Shown here: positions 1 through 9,989 of the stretch, piece by piece | Layout of the letters: each line of letters starts with the position of its first letter | Numbering within the stretch: the first letter of the stretch is position 1 | Origin: an uncultured Pseudomonadales bacterium | Lineage (GTDB): Bacteria > Patescibacteriota > Microgenomatia > UBA1400 > MFAQ01 | NCBI GenBank assembly: GCA_964439805.1 | Contig: CAYTOI010000005.1 | Location: 1 to 63,365 of the forward strand | DNA length: 63,365 bases | Reading direction: 5' to 3' | Program-made: the position numbers and the translations under genes | The notes under the pieces: model-generated | Told to the model about the DNA's origin: nothing | The model's input: only the letters and a program-made list of their open reading frames with translations | Database searches by the model: none

Positions 1-239
1 CGGAAAATATTTTTGGAGACGCACAAGCATTGGGGCTTCGGTACTTTGTCCAAAGGGATTCCAAGATCAAACCACAAGGTGTAGAGGGATATGGCTGGCT
101 CAATACACTATATATAGTGTCACCAAGCTTAGAAAAAATTAAGAGTGACAATCGTTGGGAGTACTATGCGTCCGCACCCTGGAAAGAGCCAAAGATGACA
201 AGCTTTGGTGAGGTGTCTCTCTTTAAGTTTGAGAAATAG
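1..239 (+). CDS. 3' end of a window-truncated CDS; probable C-terminal extracytoplasmic domain of another family-A GT-C (ArnT/PMT_2-like) glycosyltransferase
   Basis: The frame of the listed 30..239 ORF stays open back to nt 3 (ENIFGDAQA...), so the TTG at 30 is probably internal. Stop is TAG at 237-239. The tail '...GEVSLFKFEK' resembles the C-terminal tails of paralogues here (...VFEIYEI, ...PLFYEFKY, ...YRITKTNLK). Confidence 0.45.
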   Translation, partial: ENIFGDAQALGLRYFVQRDSKIKPQGVEGYGWLNTLYIVSPSLEKIKSDNRWEYYASAPWKEPKMTSFGEVSLFKFEK

Positions 240-242
240 CCG

Positions 243-2009
243 CTACTTACACTTCTCGGTTTTGAGAGGTTCAATATCTTTTCCGTTTTTTGTATCTCTA
301 GTAATGAGATAAAATGCTACTTCGTTATTTGGATATTTGATAACATCGATTACTTTTAACCCTTGAGGAACCTTGTCTTTGTCTGGAGATCTGAAGTCCA
401 TGGGCAAGTTTTTATCTGAAACCAGATAAAGAGTGTTGGACTTTAGAGAGCTTATCCCCTTGGGATCACAAAAGGTAAAAGGAAAACTTTTTGGTTTTAC
501 CTTATCTAAAGAACTTCCTCTTTGGACCACTTCACTAAAATCAGTTCCATAATTTTGAATATCACTAGATTTTACATTTGCCCAAAAAAGATAATAAGGT
601 ATAGGCGGATCATTGGTATCTGTCAGCTCAATGTGCTGATAGTCTTTTTCTAGCTTGTTAATTTTTTGCATTGCCTGTTTGAAGCCATATCCGTATTCTC
701 TGGCATTTTCTATAGGAAAATGAAAGAAGTAATTATTTGTATACTGCAAAAAGTTAAAAAACCAAATTAATACTAATAAAGTAAAGGTGATTTTGGTGAA
801 TATATTTTTTTGCAAAACCAAAAATATTTGATAGTAACCCAACGAAACCAATACAAGCAACGGTCCTGCGAAACTAATTAAGCGGGAGGCATGCGTACCA
901 CCATCTAATGTTAAATTTGAAGGAATTGATCCTAAAAATAATAACAAAACTAGGAATAAAACTTTTTTATTATTTTTATTTAAGTAGATAAAGATAACTG
1001 ATCCAATTAGGGCAAAAATATCTACTACCAATAACTCACCTGTTTTTTTGGCTGAATGTCGACCGTTGGGATCTCCACTTACAAACAAAAAATCACTAGA
1101 AAAATTACTGAAAAAATTATTCTTATACCGATCTATTACACTAATCCCCTTGTTGTGAAATACTTTTGACCAAAAAGTTGGTTGCTGACCCAAAGCAGTA
1201 TTTTGGTAATTACCAGATACCAATTCCCTACCTCTTAGCACCTCTATGGGTATCATGGGGTCTGAGAAGATAGAAATCTGACTTATTCTAGTTTTATCTT
1301 TTGAGCCAATGGTTGTAGCATACAAAAAAGGCATCATTATGACAGATCCAACAATAAACCATGTAAGTGTTTTTTTGAACCCTAACTTAAAAAAATCTTT
1401 AGAGAAAAAGATCGGCGTTACAAGCATAAGAACTGGTGCCAAAAAGCTCATGGTGCGATACGTATAAATGGACAAACCGAGTACTATAGCGGACATGTAG
1501 ATATATTTATCTTTTTTGGATTTTAGCCACTGGTAAAAAAGTATTAAATAAGAAAACACAAACAACAATACATATTCTGCCTCAAAAGCTACTCTACTAA
1601 ATTGAATTAACCAGGGTGAAAAAGCAAATACAAAACCAGAAATAATTGTAGCTACTGAGGATCGGGTAATCTGAAAAGTAATCACCATTGCCAGCATGAC
1701 AACCAATACCCCAACAAAAGCAGTTCCAGCTCTAACTTGAAACTCTTCAGAGCTAAAAAACTTTGAGGGAATTATTGAAAGTAAAATGGGGACAGGAGTT
1801 TTATCTGTATTAAATGAACGAAAATAAAAAGGTGACACTTCTCCCCTGTAATCTTTACCTGTTTGTTGAAGGGACCTTACCTGTAAAGACAAATCAATTT
1901 CGTCGTAATAAAGTGAAGATGGTACCTGGTCTAGCCTTACAAAGCGAATAAAAATTGCGAGAACTATAACAATAAGATGAGGTAAATATTTAAATTTCAT
2001 ATATTTCAA
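243..2009 (-). CDS. Family-A GT-C membrane glycosyltransferase (ArnT/PMT_2-like, lipid-carrier dependent)
   Basis: 588 aa with many hydrophobic segments. The first loop 'RLDQVPSSLYYDEIDLSLQVRSLQQTGKDYRG' carries a DE motif. Central loop is 'FSSDFLFVSGDPNGRHS'. The C-terminal soluble domain contains 'YGYGFKQAMQKI'. Overlaps the upstream gene end by 20 nt. Confidence 0.8.
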   Translation of the reverse strand: MKYMKFKYLPHLIVIVLAIFIRFVRLDQVPSSLYYDEIDLSLQVRSLQQTGKDYRGEVSPFYFRSFNTDKTPVPILLSIIPSKFFSSEEFQVRAGTAFVGVLVVMLAMVITFQITRSSVATIISGFVFAFSPWLIQFSRVAFEAEYVLLFVFSYLILFYQWLKSKKDKYIYMSAIVLGLSIYTYRTMSFLAPVLMLVTPIFFSKDFFKLGFKKTLTWFIVGSVIMMPFLYATTIGSKDKTRISQISIFSDPMIPIEVLRGRELVSGNYQNTALGQQPTFWSKVFHNKGISVIDRYKNNFFSNFSSDFLFVSGDPNGRHSAKKTGELLVVDIFALIGSVIFIYLNKNNKKVLFLVLLLFLGSIPSNLTLDGGTHASRLISFAGPLLVLVSLGYYQIFLVLQKNIFTKITFTLLVLIWFFNFLQYTNNYFFHFPIENAREYGYGFKQAMQKINKLEKDYQHIELTDTNDPPIPYYLFWANVKSSDIQNYGTDFSEVVQRGSSLDKVKPKSFPFTFCDPKGISSLKSNTLYLVSDKNLPMDFRSPDKDKVPQGLKVIDVIKYPNNEVAFYLITRDTKNGKDIEPLKTEKCK

Positions 2010-3651
2010 AGACTGTAGACAGATCTGGATTTTTTACTGTTTCAACTAGTTTGTAATTTTTGGGCAATGGTAGAAAATTCTTTTTGTATTTAGTAGGCAA
2101 GGCAATATATTTGGGAGCAGAACCTCTGACAACTAACTCCAGATCGGTAGGTGAACTAGGTAGAGAAAAGATTACTTTGGGGAGGGCGAGGTCTAGTCTA
2201 GACGATCCTATCTCTACTCTTGTATTTGTATCTTCAAATTTGCAATCATCAAAGGGCAAATTCTGCCAAAAACAAAACAAACTAAAGGGATATTTGTCAT
2301 CCCAAATTACTAACATTTTGCCAGGCCTTTTGGTTTGGAACTGAGCAAGCTCCTTGAAGCCATACTCAAAACTATCTGCCGCTAAGGCAGGGTAAACATG
2401 GAAGTAACCATAAAAATAATAGAAAGCTGAATAAAGAGAAATGATAGAAAGTATCAATAGATACGATATTTTTGTAAACTTGCCTTTCAACAATTCGTAA
2501 AACTCGACTATCCCCAGGGCTGCAAAATAGGTAATAAAAGGCATGAGAGTAATAACTCTAAGCAAATACGTGGCACCGTCTTTGGTAATGGCAGCAGCTA
2601 GAGGTGAGGCGAGTATCCAAAGGGTAATTAGTAATGAGTGTGTGGTGTGAAGTGTGTAGAACTTGTAAGTGCCAAAGATTATGAATGGCAAAAGAAAAAG
2701 GTAGAAGTTTCCCACCATTCCAGTAGAGTGACGTAAAACCTGGTCCCCTTTGAGAAACAAAAAGTCTGGAGAAAAAAATGATAAGTAATTACTAGTAAAC
2801 TCAGAAGCTACAGAGATTGGAAAGTTAAAAACTAATTTATTTGCCAGTCTCTCTGGATCCATTCCAAAAGAAAAAATAGTTGGAGTACTGAGGCGCGCTA
2901 GCCCTCTATATAAGTTACTATCAGCGGTTACGTTTACATCACGCCAAATGGCAAGATCTACGCCTCTACTTTGGCGATTAAAAATCTGGTTCTTTACCAA
3001 TAGAGCGTATAACAAAATAAGGATAAAGACTGTAATTGCTGAAAATAAATATTTTTTGTTTATAGATTTGTCTTTTATTATGTCAACAGCAGGAACTATC
3101 AAAACAAACGGAGACATAACTATTAAGGAAGGATAAAAGTATCCACCAATGGCGTATGGGATAAGAGACACAAGTTTTCCTTGCCAGTTTTTGGCATTTA
3201 GGTATAGACCCAAATGTAAAAGTGTCATTATAACCACAATAGGTATGTGAGTGTGTCCAATACGGCTAATGGCATAGTTCCAAGGCAAAATGGCAATGAG
3301 AATAGCAAACACCAGAGCTACTCGAAGATAAAGTTTGCTGTCAGACAACTTAGTTAATGTTTTGGCAAAGAAGAATCCAACAACTACAGCTAACGATCCG
3401 TAAATAGCTGAAAACAGCCTAGCTCCAAGCGGGTTCACCCCCACTATCCAGGTAGCTGAAAAAGTTCTATACAGTATCTGCCTGGAAATGCTTATATGCT
3501 CCTCAAGTAAATAGTTTCTCATGAAGTAGTGACCTGCCTCGTCTGCATAAATTGTAGGATTATCGACTCCTAGTCGATAGACCCGCAAAAAAAGAGCTAA
3601 GAAAAAAATAATAGCTAATAGAAAATAAGTGTACTTGGTTTTGGCAGTCAT
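1990..3651 (-). CDS. Family-A GT-C membrane glycosyltransferase, divergent N-terminal loop
   Basis: 553 aa polytopic protein. Motifs: 'YRLGVDNPTIYADEAGHYF' (DE motif), central 'FFSPDFLFLKGDQVLRHS', C-terminal 'FEYGFKELAQF'. It lacks the TGxDE segment present in most paralogues. Confidence 0.75.
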   Translation of the reverse strand: MTAKTKYTYFLLAIIFFLALFLRVYRLGVDNPTIYADEAGHYFMRNYLLEEHISISRQILYRTFSATWIVGVNPLGARLFSAIYGSLAVVVGFFFAKTLTKLSDSKLYLRVALVFAILIAILPWNYAISRIGHTHIPIVVIMTLLHLGLYLNAKNWQGKLVSLIPYAIGGYFYPSLIVMSPFVLIVPAVDIIKDKSINKKYLFSAITVFILILLYALLVKNQIFNRQSRGVDLAIWRDVNVTADSNLYRGLARLSTPTIFSFGMDPERLANKLVFNFPISVASEFTSNYLSFFSPDFLFLKGDQVLRHSTGMVGNFYLFLLPFIIFGTYKFYTLHTTHSLLITLWILASPLAAAITKDGATYLLRVITLMPFITYFAALGIVEFYELLKGKFTKISYLLILSIISLYSAFYYFYGYFHVYPALAADSFEYGFKELAQFQTKRPGKMLVIWDDKYPFSLFCFWQNLPFDDCKFEDTNTRVEIGSSRLDLALPKVIFSLPSSPTDLELVVRGSAPKYIALPTKYKKNFLPLPKNYKLVETVKNPDLSTVFEIYEI

Positions 3652-3652
3652 A

Positions 3653-5071
3653 TTAATTATTCAAAAACATGGCCGTGCTAAGTGGCAGTTCTTTTTTGTT
3701 TCCTGGTATATTGTTTTTGTTATCCTCATAAAAAACTTCTGCAGTTTTATTTCTGTAATACACCTTAAAAAACTCAGAGCCAGAGAGGGATTGGGAAATT
3801 TGCTTGGACTGACCCCAGACCTCACCATTATTTTTGTAGTCGTTTTTAAACTGGAAGAAGAAATTTTCCGGATACTTAGCAGAACGGGCATTAAAATACT
3901 CATAAACTTTTTTTGCTATCTCTCCCCTGCTCACGGAATAATGGCGAGTGTAGGTTAAGTAGTTCATGGAAAGGTTTAAGAAAATGAAAAATACAAAAAA
4001 ACAAAAACTCAAAATATTGAATTTCTTGGGCAATAGCCAGGCAATGATAAGAGAAAATCCGACCAAAGGGAGACCCAGCTCCAAAGTAAATTTGTGAGAC
4101 GGAAGAAAGAGAACCGGCAAAAGAGTAATTAGAAAAAAGGCTTTAAACTTAAGTAAATTAATCAGCGAAGGCACAAAATTTTTCTCTTGGTAGTGATACA
4201 AAAGCTTTTGAAATCCCAAAACCAAAGCAGAAAGTATCGTGATAATTAAAGGAAAAATAATTATTCTCCACCAGTAAACGTAGTCAGTAAAAAATCTGGG
4301 GACAATCTTAAGCCCGCTGCCAATATAGTCCACAAGTAGCTCAGGAGCTCCAAAGCTCCAGAGAATGTACCACAATAGAGTGTTTACAGTTTTGGCTGGT
4401 GAAAAATTCCAGACATAACTATCGCCTGCAGCGAGGCCAAAGTGAAAGAGGCGAAAATATAAGTAAACCATAGAAATACAGACAAGAGATATTAGATTGA
4501 CAGAGTTTTTCTTAAGATCTTTGTAGTTAAACATAAATATCAGAAGAGGCAAGACGATAGCGGTCTCCTTGCTAAGCAGAGCCAAGATAAAAAAGAGGAC
4601 AGAGAGCAAGGGCTTTTTGGCAAAGTTTATTAAAGTAAGCAAAGAAAATACGACAAGAAACAACTCCTGGTAGGCAGAGAGAAAGTAGATTCGAGTGAAA
4701 TTGCTGACCGATAAGCCATAGATTAATGTAGTGACTAGTGCAGAGTGCCTGGTGTTTAGCACAGAGAGGGCATATTTGTAGACAAGATGTAGAGAGTAGG
4801 TAAAGAGTGCAAGGCCAAAAAGATAATAAGGCCAAGCAGTGAGCCCAAAGAGCTTTTGGAATACAAAAAAGAATACCTGGGTTGAAAGGGGTCGATAGAA
4901 ACTTGCTGTTTGCGCGTTGGCTGTAAAAGAAAAAAAGTTAAAAAACTCTTGCAAGCTAGATATTTGGGAAATGCGTAGGTGGAACCAGTCGTCACCGGAA
5001 AAAAAGTTTCCCAGAGCAGGCAAATAAAGAAGGACAGGGAAAAAGTAAAAATATTTTTTTAACCAGTTCAC
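3653..5071 (-). CDS. Polytopic membrane protein, possible GT-C-type transferase (unassigned family)
   Basis: 472 aa with at least 10 hydrophobic segments. The acidic first loop 'FFSGDDWFHLRI' is reminiscent of GT-C first-loop DD/DE motifs. Starts with GTG. It has no family-A central motif, so the call rests on topology and context only. Confidence 0.45.
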   Translation of the reverse strand: MNWLKKYFYFFPVLLYLPALGNFFSGDDWFHLRISQISSLQEFFNFFSFTANAQTASFYRPLSTQVFFFVFQKLFGLTAWPYYLFGLALFTYSLHLVYKYALSVLNTRHSALVTTLIYGLSVSNFTRIYFLSAYQELFLVVFSLLTLINFAKKPLLSVLFFILALLSKETAIVLPLLIFMFNYKDLKKNSVNLISLVCISMVYLYFRLFHFGLAAGDSYVWNFSPAKTVNTLLWYILWSFGAPELLVDYIGSGLKIVPRFFTDYVYWWRIIIFPLIITILSALVLGFQKLLYHYQEKNFVPSLINLLKFKAFFLITLLPVLFLPSHKFTLELGLPLVGFSLIIAWLLPKKFNILSFCFFVFFIFLNLSMNYLTYTRHYSVSRGEIAKKVYEYFNARSAKYPENFFFQFKNDYKNNGEVWGQSKQISQSLSGSEFFKVYYRNKTAEVFYEDNKNNIPGNKKELPLSTAMFLNN

Positions 5072-5089
5072 AATTTTATTTTACACTGA

Positions 5090-6688
5090 TTAATTCTTGC
5101 CAAAATTGTACTGGAAAGGTAAACAGTTTGTATTACCTTTAGAAAGTGTCTGAACACAGACCGGTCCGGACTTGGTAACTGTGGGGTTAGTACGAACAAT
5201 AATTTTCTTGTCACTCCAGTGGATAATATAATCGCCTTGCTCAACACCAGCAATTAGGACTTTACCGACAAAAGGTAGACTTTGGAGGTTTGTCCCGTTA
5301 ATAGTAATATCAACCCAAGCTTCGGATGTTATTGATGGTGAGATACTAAATATTTTTGGATCATTTTGAAACTTGGTAAATCTGCCCACTAGAGAGACCG
5401 ACAAAACCTGAAAGACAAAAAGTAAAACAATAATAAGCGGCTTGTTTCTCCAAAGAATATGGCGTTTAAAGTAGACAATGGCCAAAAATATAGCGACTAA
5501 AGAAAAAATCAAAATACAAAACATGGTTAAGTTTGGAGGTGTTTTGTATTCGGGGTAATAAGACCAAAAAAGTAGATATGATTTGTAAATATTTTCTAGG
5601 CTGCTCCAAAATTTTTTTGTAACAATAATACCAATTAATATTGTAATGATTTGTAAAAATGTTTTTAAACCATTATTGGCATTATTTAAACTTACCTTAG
5701 AAAGCGCTGGTAATAATTTTTCTAGTGGGAATGTTTTCTGATTCTTTTTGTTAAAATTGTAAAATTTTTGAATTACGGCAACGCACAAAAAGAGATAAGC
5801 CCATACTCCAGATTTTTGAGCAAAGCTATGCAGCTCAAAAATTCTAAATATTGGTGTGATTGCTAAAAATAAAATACCTAAAGAGGCTGATATTTGATGT
5901 CCAAATTTGTGACGGTAAATGGTAAGGACCCAAAAAAAGATAATGGAAAATGTCAAAACATAACTATTTAAGTGTAAGTAGAAAATATCTAAAACAATTG
6001 GTATAAGTGTTGCACTTAGCAAAAAATGAAAGCTAGACCCAAGCGTAATTAAAAAAATAATATACAAAGTAAGTGGTAAAAAGTAGATTAGAACACTGGT
6101 TAAATTTTCCTTATCATTTACTACATTTAGCAGTTTTTGCAATACAAAATCGATGGCTTTTTTTCTATCGCTGGTAACTTCTCCTCTGTTAAAAAAAGAG
6201 ACTACCGTGAATACGGGCTCTGTTCTGTCCAAAAATATCCCCCTCCCCTTAATACCTTTTACAGACTCCAATTCAAAAATATAATTCTTCCCTGATGAGT
6301 CTGTGACACCTGGGAAACCAAAAGGGAATAGTTTTCCTGGGAGGAACTGGTCTGTTTTGTATACAGCTTCGTAGTACCATTTTCTTCCACCTTCCTCTTT
6401 AAGGCGGAAAATTATTTCATCGTCACTATCTCTATTACCATTGTTAAATCTGACAGAGACGATTCCCATGTTAGGGTACGTAGCGGTAAACCTACCGAAC
6501 ACCTTATCTCCTGCAAGCAGTTCTCCGGAGCGTGTAGAGATTAGATCAACATTGGTTCCATAGGTAAGAAAGTTGAAAAAACCAAAGCCATTATCAAAAA
6601 GGTACTTGTAAAACATCACCGAGCCAAGCAAAAAAAGCAACAAAGGAACCAAAAAATAAGCAAATATATTTTTAATTTTTTGTTTCAT
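5090..6688 (-). CDS. Membrane protein of unknown function with a C-terminal IPT/TIG-like Ig-fold domain
   Basis: 532 aa. Layout: N-terminal TM, about 150 aa extracytoplasmic segment, multi-TM core, then a C-terminal stretch 'ISPSITSEAWVDITINGTNLQSLPFVGKVLIAGVEQGDYIIHWSDKKIIVRTNP' that fits the IPT/TIG pattern by eye. Confidence 0.4.
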   Translation of the reverse strand: MKQKIKNIFAYFLVPLLLFLLGSVMFYKYLFDNGFGFFNFLTYGTNVDLISTRSGELLAGDKVFGRFTATYPNMGIVSVRFNNGNRDSDDEIIFRLKEEGGRKWYYEAVYKTDQFLPGKLFPFGFPGVTDSSGKNYIFELESVKGIKGRGIFLDRTEPVFTVVSFFNRGEVTSDRKKAIDFVLQKLLNVVNDKENLTSVLIYFLPLTLYIIFLITLGSSFHFLLSATLIPIVLDIFYLHLNSYVLTFSIIFFWVLTIYRHKFGHQISASLGILFLAITPIFRIFELHSFAQKSGVWAYLFLCVAVIQKFYNFNKKNQKTFPLEKLLPALSKVSLNNANNGLKTFLQIITILIGIIVTKKFWSSLENIYKSYLLFWSYYPEYKTPPNLTMFCILIFSLVAIFLAIVYFKRHILWRNKPLIIVLLFVFQVLSVSLVGRFTKFQNDPKIFSISPSITSEAWVDITINGTNLQSLPFVGKVLIAGVEQGDYIIHWSDKKIIVRTNPTVTKSGPVCVQTLSKGNTNCLPFQYNFGKN

Positions 6689-9107
6689 TATTTTCTGCTT
6701 TTGTTATTTTATGTTTTTTTACATCAATAAATATAGAATATCCTGCTAAGGCAAGCAAAGTAGCTCCGGAGATTAATATCCCTATGTAAAATAACCGTTG
6801 GGGCCAAAATTCAATAATAATTTCAAAATTGTAGCTACCATCTTGACTCTGATAACACATACTAGCCTGTTGGCATATTTGCTGCGGATCTATATACCAG
6901 GAGTTTGCATAGCGATTTACGACTTTGTGGGTATTAGAGTCAATAGGTTTCTTCAACCAGGTTTCATAAAAAATCCCGTTTGTTAAATTGTCATTTTGAA
7001 TAGTTCCCTGAAAATTTTTTGAAATAAAATCAATGAAGTAGGTTTCTACATAATCAATTTTTTCGGCACCACTTTCCCATTTTTTGTGTACAGACTTCTT
7101 GTTTTTTCCATCACCTAGATTTGTAATGTAACCTTTATTAATAAAGCCCTCTACTTCTGCCAGAGTTGCTTGATTTTCGCCATTACCATCTAAAATTTTA
7201 TACTTATCTAGGCTTAACAACTTACTAATTTTAGGTGTCTGGCTGTATATTACCCAACCTTTATTAAAAGACTCGGAAAACACTAAGGGAAAGTAATTTT
7301 TTGCACCATGTATTATTACTCTATATTTGGTAGGATTGATTTTTTTATATTCCAAAATAGGAACATCATTAATCACTCTGGGGCCATCTAAGTCATCAGA
7401 TGCATAAATTGCTGATCTAATATTGCCACTAACAGTGCTTGTTTGAACAAATAGTGGAACGTAGACATGTGGAAGAAAGTTAACACTAGAGGCTTTGTAA
7501 AGCTTCACGTACCCCTCTCCAAACGAGTAGTCGTTAGTTGGAGCCTTGGGATTACCCACTTTACCTATTATTGATTCGTCTACAAAAGTTAGTCCTACAT
7601 TGTGATATGCCTGATTAAGCAAAACTGTTTTTTCAAAAATGGGGTTTGATTTGTATGTAAATGAGTAAAATGGTGGACCGAAATATCCCCATTTTGTATA
7701 TATATAAGAAGAATCTGAACCTAGATAGTAGATTTTTGAATCTAGCTTCTGATTATTAATTATTGATGCTACAGAAAAGTACTCTGACGGAACTGTAAAA
7801 CCATACTTTTTATTATCTTTTGCAAACTGGTTAATTTTGGTACTGTTTTTGTAAAAATCACCAAACAAGATAGGAGAACCTGTTATTAAAGTAGCTATCA
7901 ATAATAAAATTTGTAATTTTCTTGAGTATTTTTCCCGTTCTTGAATAAGGATAAATAAATATAATGAGTAAAGTGCAGATAAAACAAATACTGCTCCAGC
8001 GGTAGTTCTTAAAAAAGCGAGTGGATGAAATTTGTTTACAAAATAAATATATATAAATCCAAAAGGAGGATTCGGTCCTACAGATAAAGCTAAAAAAATA
8101 ATTATGAGGACTAAAAGCATCAATTTGTGACCGTCCAATTCATGGTTATGATATTTTTTCATAAATAATATATCCATAAAAAACAAAAATATATATAAAT
8201 AGCTCAAGATAATCATTATTGGGTTTTTCAGATAACGTAGACCTTCCTCTGTGTTAATGCTTATTCCGTTGTGGTGTAAGTTGACCATTTTGTCAACTGT
8301 TGCTGTACCAGAGTCCATCAGTTTGCTGGGGTTATCGTCATCTGGATTTACAGATACTCCGTAACTAGTGGGGCTATAGTTTAAGGCAAAACCAGCTAGT
8401 GGCAATATTAGATAAGATGAAATAAAAATCGACACGACAAACGCGCCAGCGGTTTTTACCAGAAAGGAAAAATTTATTAACTTTAATAAAAAACTAGTTA
8501 CAACCAATACCGCAGAAATTATCAATAAATAAAATATATATTTAGGATTTGGTAGATCCAGTGAGGAAAAATAAATGACAATATTAAGCCAAACGAGATT
8601 TATAATTTTTATTTCCTTTTTCTTTATAAATCCCAAAATTAAGAATATAAACCATGGAATAAATGTATATATATACAAATAATGCCAGGAATTTAGCAAT
8701 GCTGGTGAAAGCAAATAAAAAGTGATTGGAATTGTGAAAGAATAATAATCTTTGCCATTAAAATATAGTTTTGCTAACTTATAAATTCCAAGTCCTGCTA
8801 CAAAATTTAATATAAATAAGATAAGCAATGAAATACTGTAATAACTAAATCCAAAAAACTCAAATATTTTGTAAAAAATGTAAAGTGGATAATAATTGAC
8901 CGAAAAATACAATCCGTTTTGCACTTCTATCCACTGATACAAATACTTAATGACTGCACTACTGTTAAAGGGAATTATTGTATCTCCTCCGATCATTACT
9001 CTCCCCCAAGAAAAGATTGATGGTAAAGCAGAAAGAATAACAATTAATATTAATGGGAAAATTCTAGACGAATCAGATAGTTTATATTGACTTGTTTTTA
9101 TGTTCAT
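6672..9107 (-). CDS. Large polytopic membrane protein, YfhO/AftD(DUF3367)-like GT-C candidate
   Basis: 811 aa. N-terminal loop 'GRVMIGGDTIIPFN', about 12 TM segments, a large extracytoplasmic domain, 'PLVFSESFNKGWVIY' near the C-terminus and a final TM anchor. Similarity is by eye only. Confidence 0.45.
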   Translation of the reverse strand: MNIKTSQYKLSDSSRIFPLILIVILSALPSIFSWGRVMIGGDTIIPFNSSAVIKYLYQWIEVQNGLYFSVNYYPLYIFYKIFEFFGFSYYSISLLILFILNFVAGLGIYKLAKLYFNGKDYYSFTIPITFYLLSPALLNSWHYLYIYTFIPWFIFLILGFIKKKEIKIINLVWLNIVIYFSSLDLPNPKYIFYLLIISAVLVVTSFLLKLINFSFLVKTAGAFVVSIFISSYLILPLAGFALNYSPTSYGVSVNPDDDNPSKLMDSGTATVDKMVNLHHNGISINTEEGLRYLKNPIMIILSYLYIFLFFMDILFMKKYHNHELDGHKLMLLVLIIIFLALSVGPNPPFGFIYIYFVNKFHPLAFLRTTAGAVFVLSALYSLYLFILIQEREKYSRKLQILLLIATLITGSPILFGDFYKNSTKINQFAKDNKKYGFTVPSEYFSVASIINNQKLDSKIYYLGSDSSYIYTKWGYFGPPFYSFTYKSNPIFEKTVLLNQAYHNVGLTFVDESIIGKVGNPKAPTNDYSFGEGYVKLYKASSVNFLPHVYVPLFVQTSTVSGNIRSAIYASDDLDGPRVINDVPILEYKKINPTKYRVIIHGAKNYFPLVFSESFNKGWVIYSQTPKISKLLSLDKYKILDGNGENQATLAEVEGFINKGYITNLGDGKNKKSVHKKWESGAEKIDYVETYFIDFISKNFQGTIQNDNLTNGIFYETWLKKPIDSNTHKVVNRYANSWYIDPQQICQQASMCYQSQDGSYNFEIIIEFWPQRLFYIGILISGATLLALAGYSIFIDVKKHKITKAENNETKN

Positions 9108-9108
9108 C

Positions 9109-9972
9109 TTAGGGGAAATGGCTGAGAATTAGGATTTTTTTACCTTTCAGGCGACCGAACTTTTTTAGTATTGCAAGCACGATTGAATATGCTTGTCCAT
9201 TTTTGTTTAGGATAAAATCAGTTGGTTTTGCGTTTTTGATCTTATGTGTTGAACTTAGTCTAATGTCTTGCATGGGGATGTCTTTAAATTGTAAAAAATA
9301 TATTTTTATAGTTTTTAAAATAAATGCAGGCATTTTTGAGTAAAAATAGCTTACCAGGTTTCTGAATATGACATTAGTTGCAATTTTATTGTGCTTTATT
9401 GGGAAAGTAAAATTTTGGCCATATAACTTATTTATTTTGAATTTTTTACTAATAGCTTTTGTAAACTCAGGCAATGTCCACTCTTTAAAGTGAAATTGAT
9501 TGAGTGGTTTTTGTAGACCCGGAGAGGTTATGTTTTTATTTGGCATGGAAATAACTGCTATGCCACCAGGCTTTAAAACTCTATAACACTCGTTTAGGAA
9601 ATCTTTATATCTCGGCAAATGTTCAAATGTTTCGAATGAGACAATAACGTCGAAATATTTATCTGGAAAGGTCATTTTCTGGGCATCCATATTTAAAAAG
9701 TGGTTGTTAAAGCTACCATAACGCAAATTGCCATACGCCACCAATTGTTCTGAGATGTCAATATTAAAAACTTCTGATGCATTTTTTAGAAGCACTTCGG
9801 AGCCGTACCCAGCACCACAAGCTACATTTAAAACCTTTTTATCTTTGCAAAGATCTTGGACAAAGATGTATCTTGTATAGTGTTCTGAAAGAACTAGTTC
9901 GGAGACAGAACCTGGAATAATTCTTTCGCCTGTTTTATATAAAAAGCTGTTACTAAACTTGAGTTTATCCAT
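9109..9972 (-). CDS. Class I SAM-dependent methyltransferase
   Basis: 287 aa. Motif I 'VLNVACGAGYGSEVL' and post-I/II region 'LKPGGIAVISMPN'. Soluble. Confidence 0.8.
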   Translation of the reverse strand: MDKLKFSNSFLYKTGERIIPGSVSELVLSEHYTRYIFVQDLCKDKKVLNVACGAGYGSEVLLKNASEVFNIDISEQLVAYGNLRYGSFNNHFLNMDAQKMTFPDKYFDVIVSFETFEHLPRYKDFLNECYRVLKPGGIAVISMPNKNITSPGLQKPLNQFHFKEWTLPEFTKAISKKFKINKLYGQNFTFPIKHNKIATNVIFRNLVSYFYSKMPAFILKTIKIYFLQFKDIPMQDIRLSSTHKIKNAKPTDFILNKNGQAYSIVLAILKKFGRLKGKKILILSHFP

Positions 9973-9989
9973 TTTATTAATACAAAATA

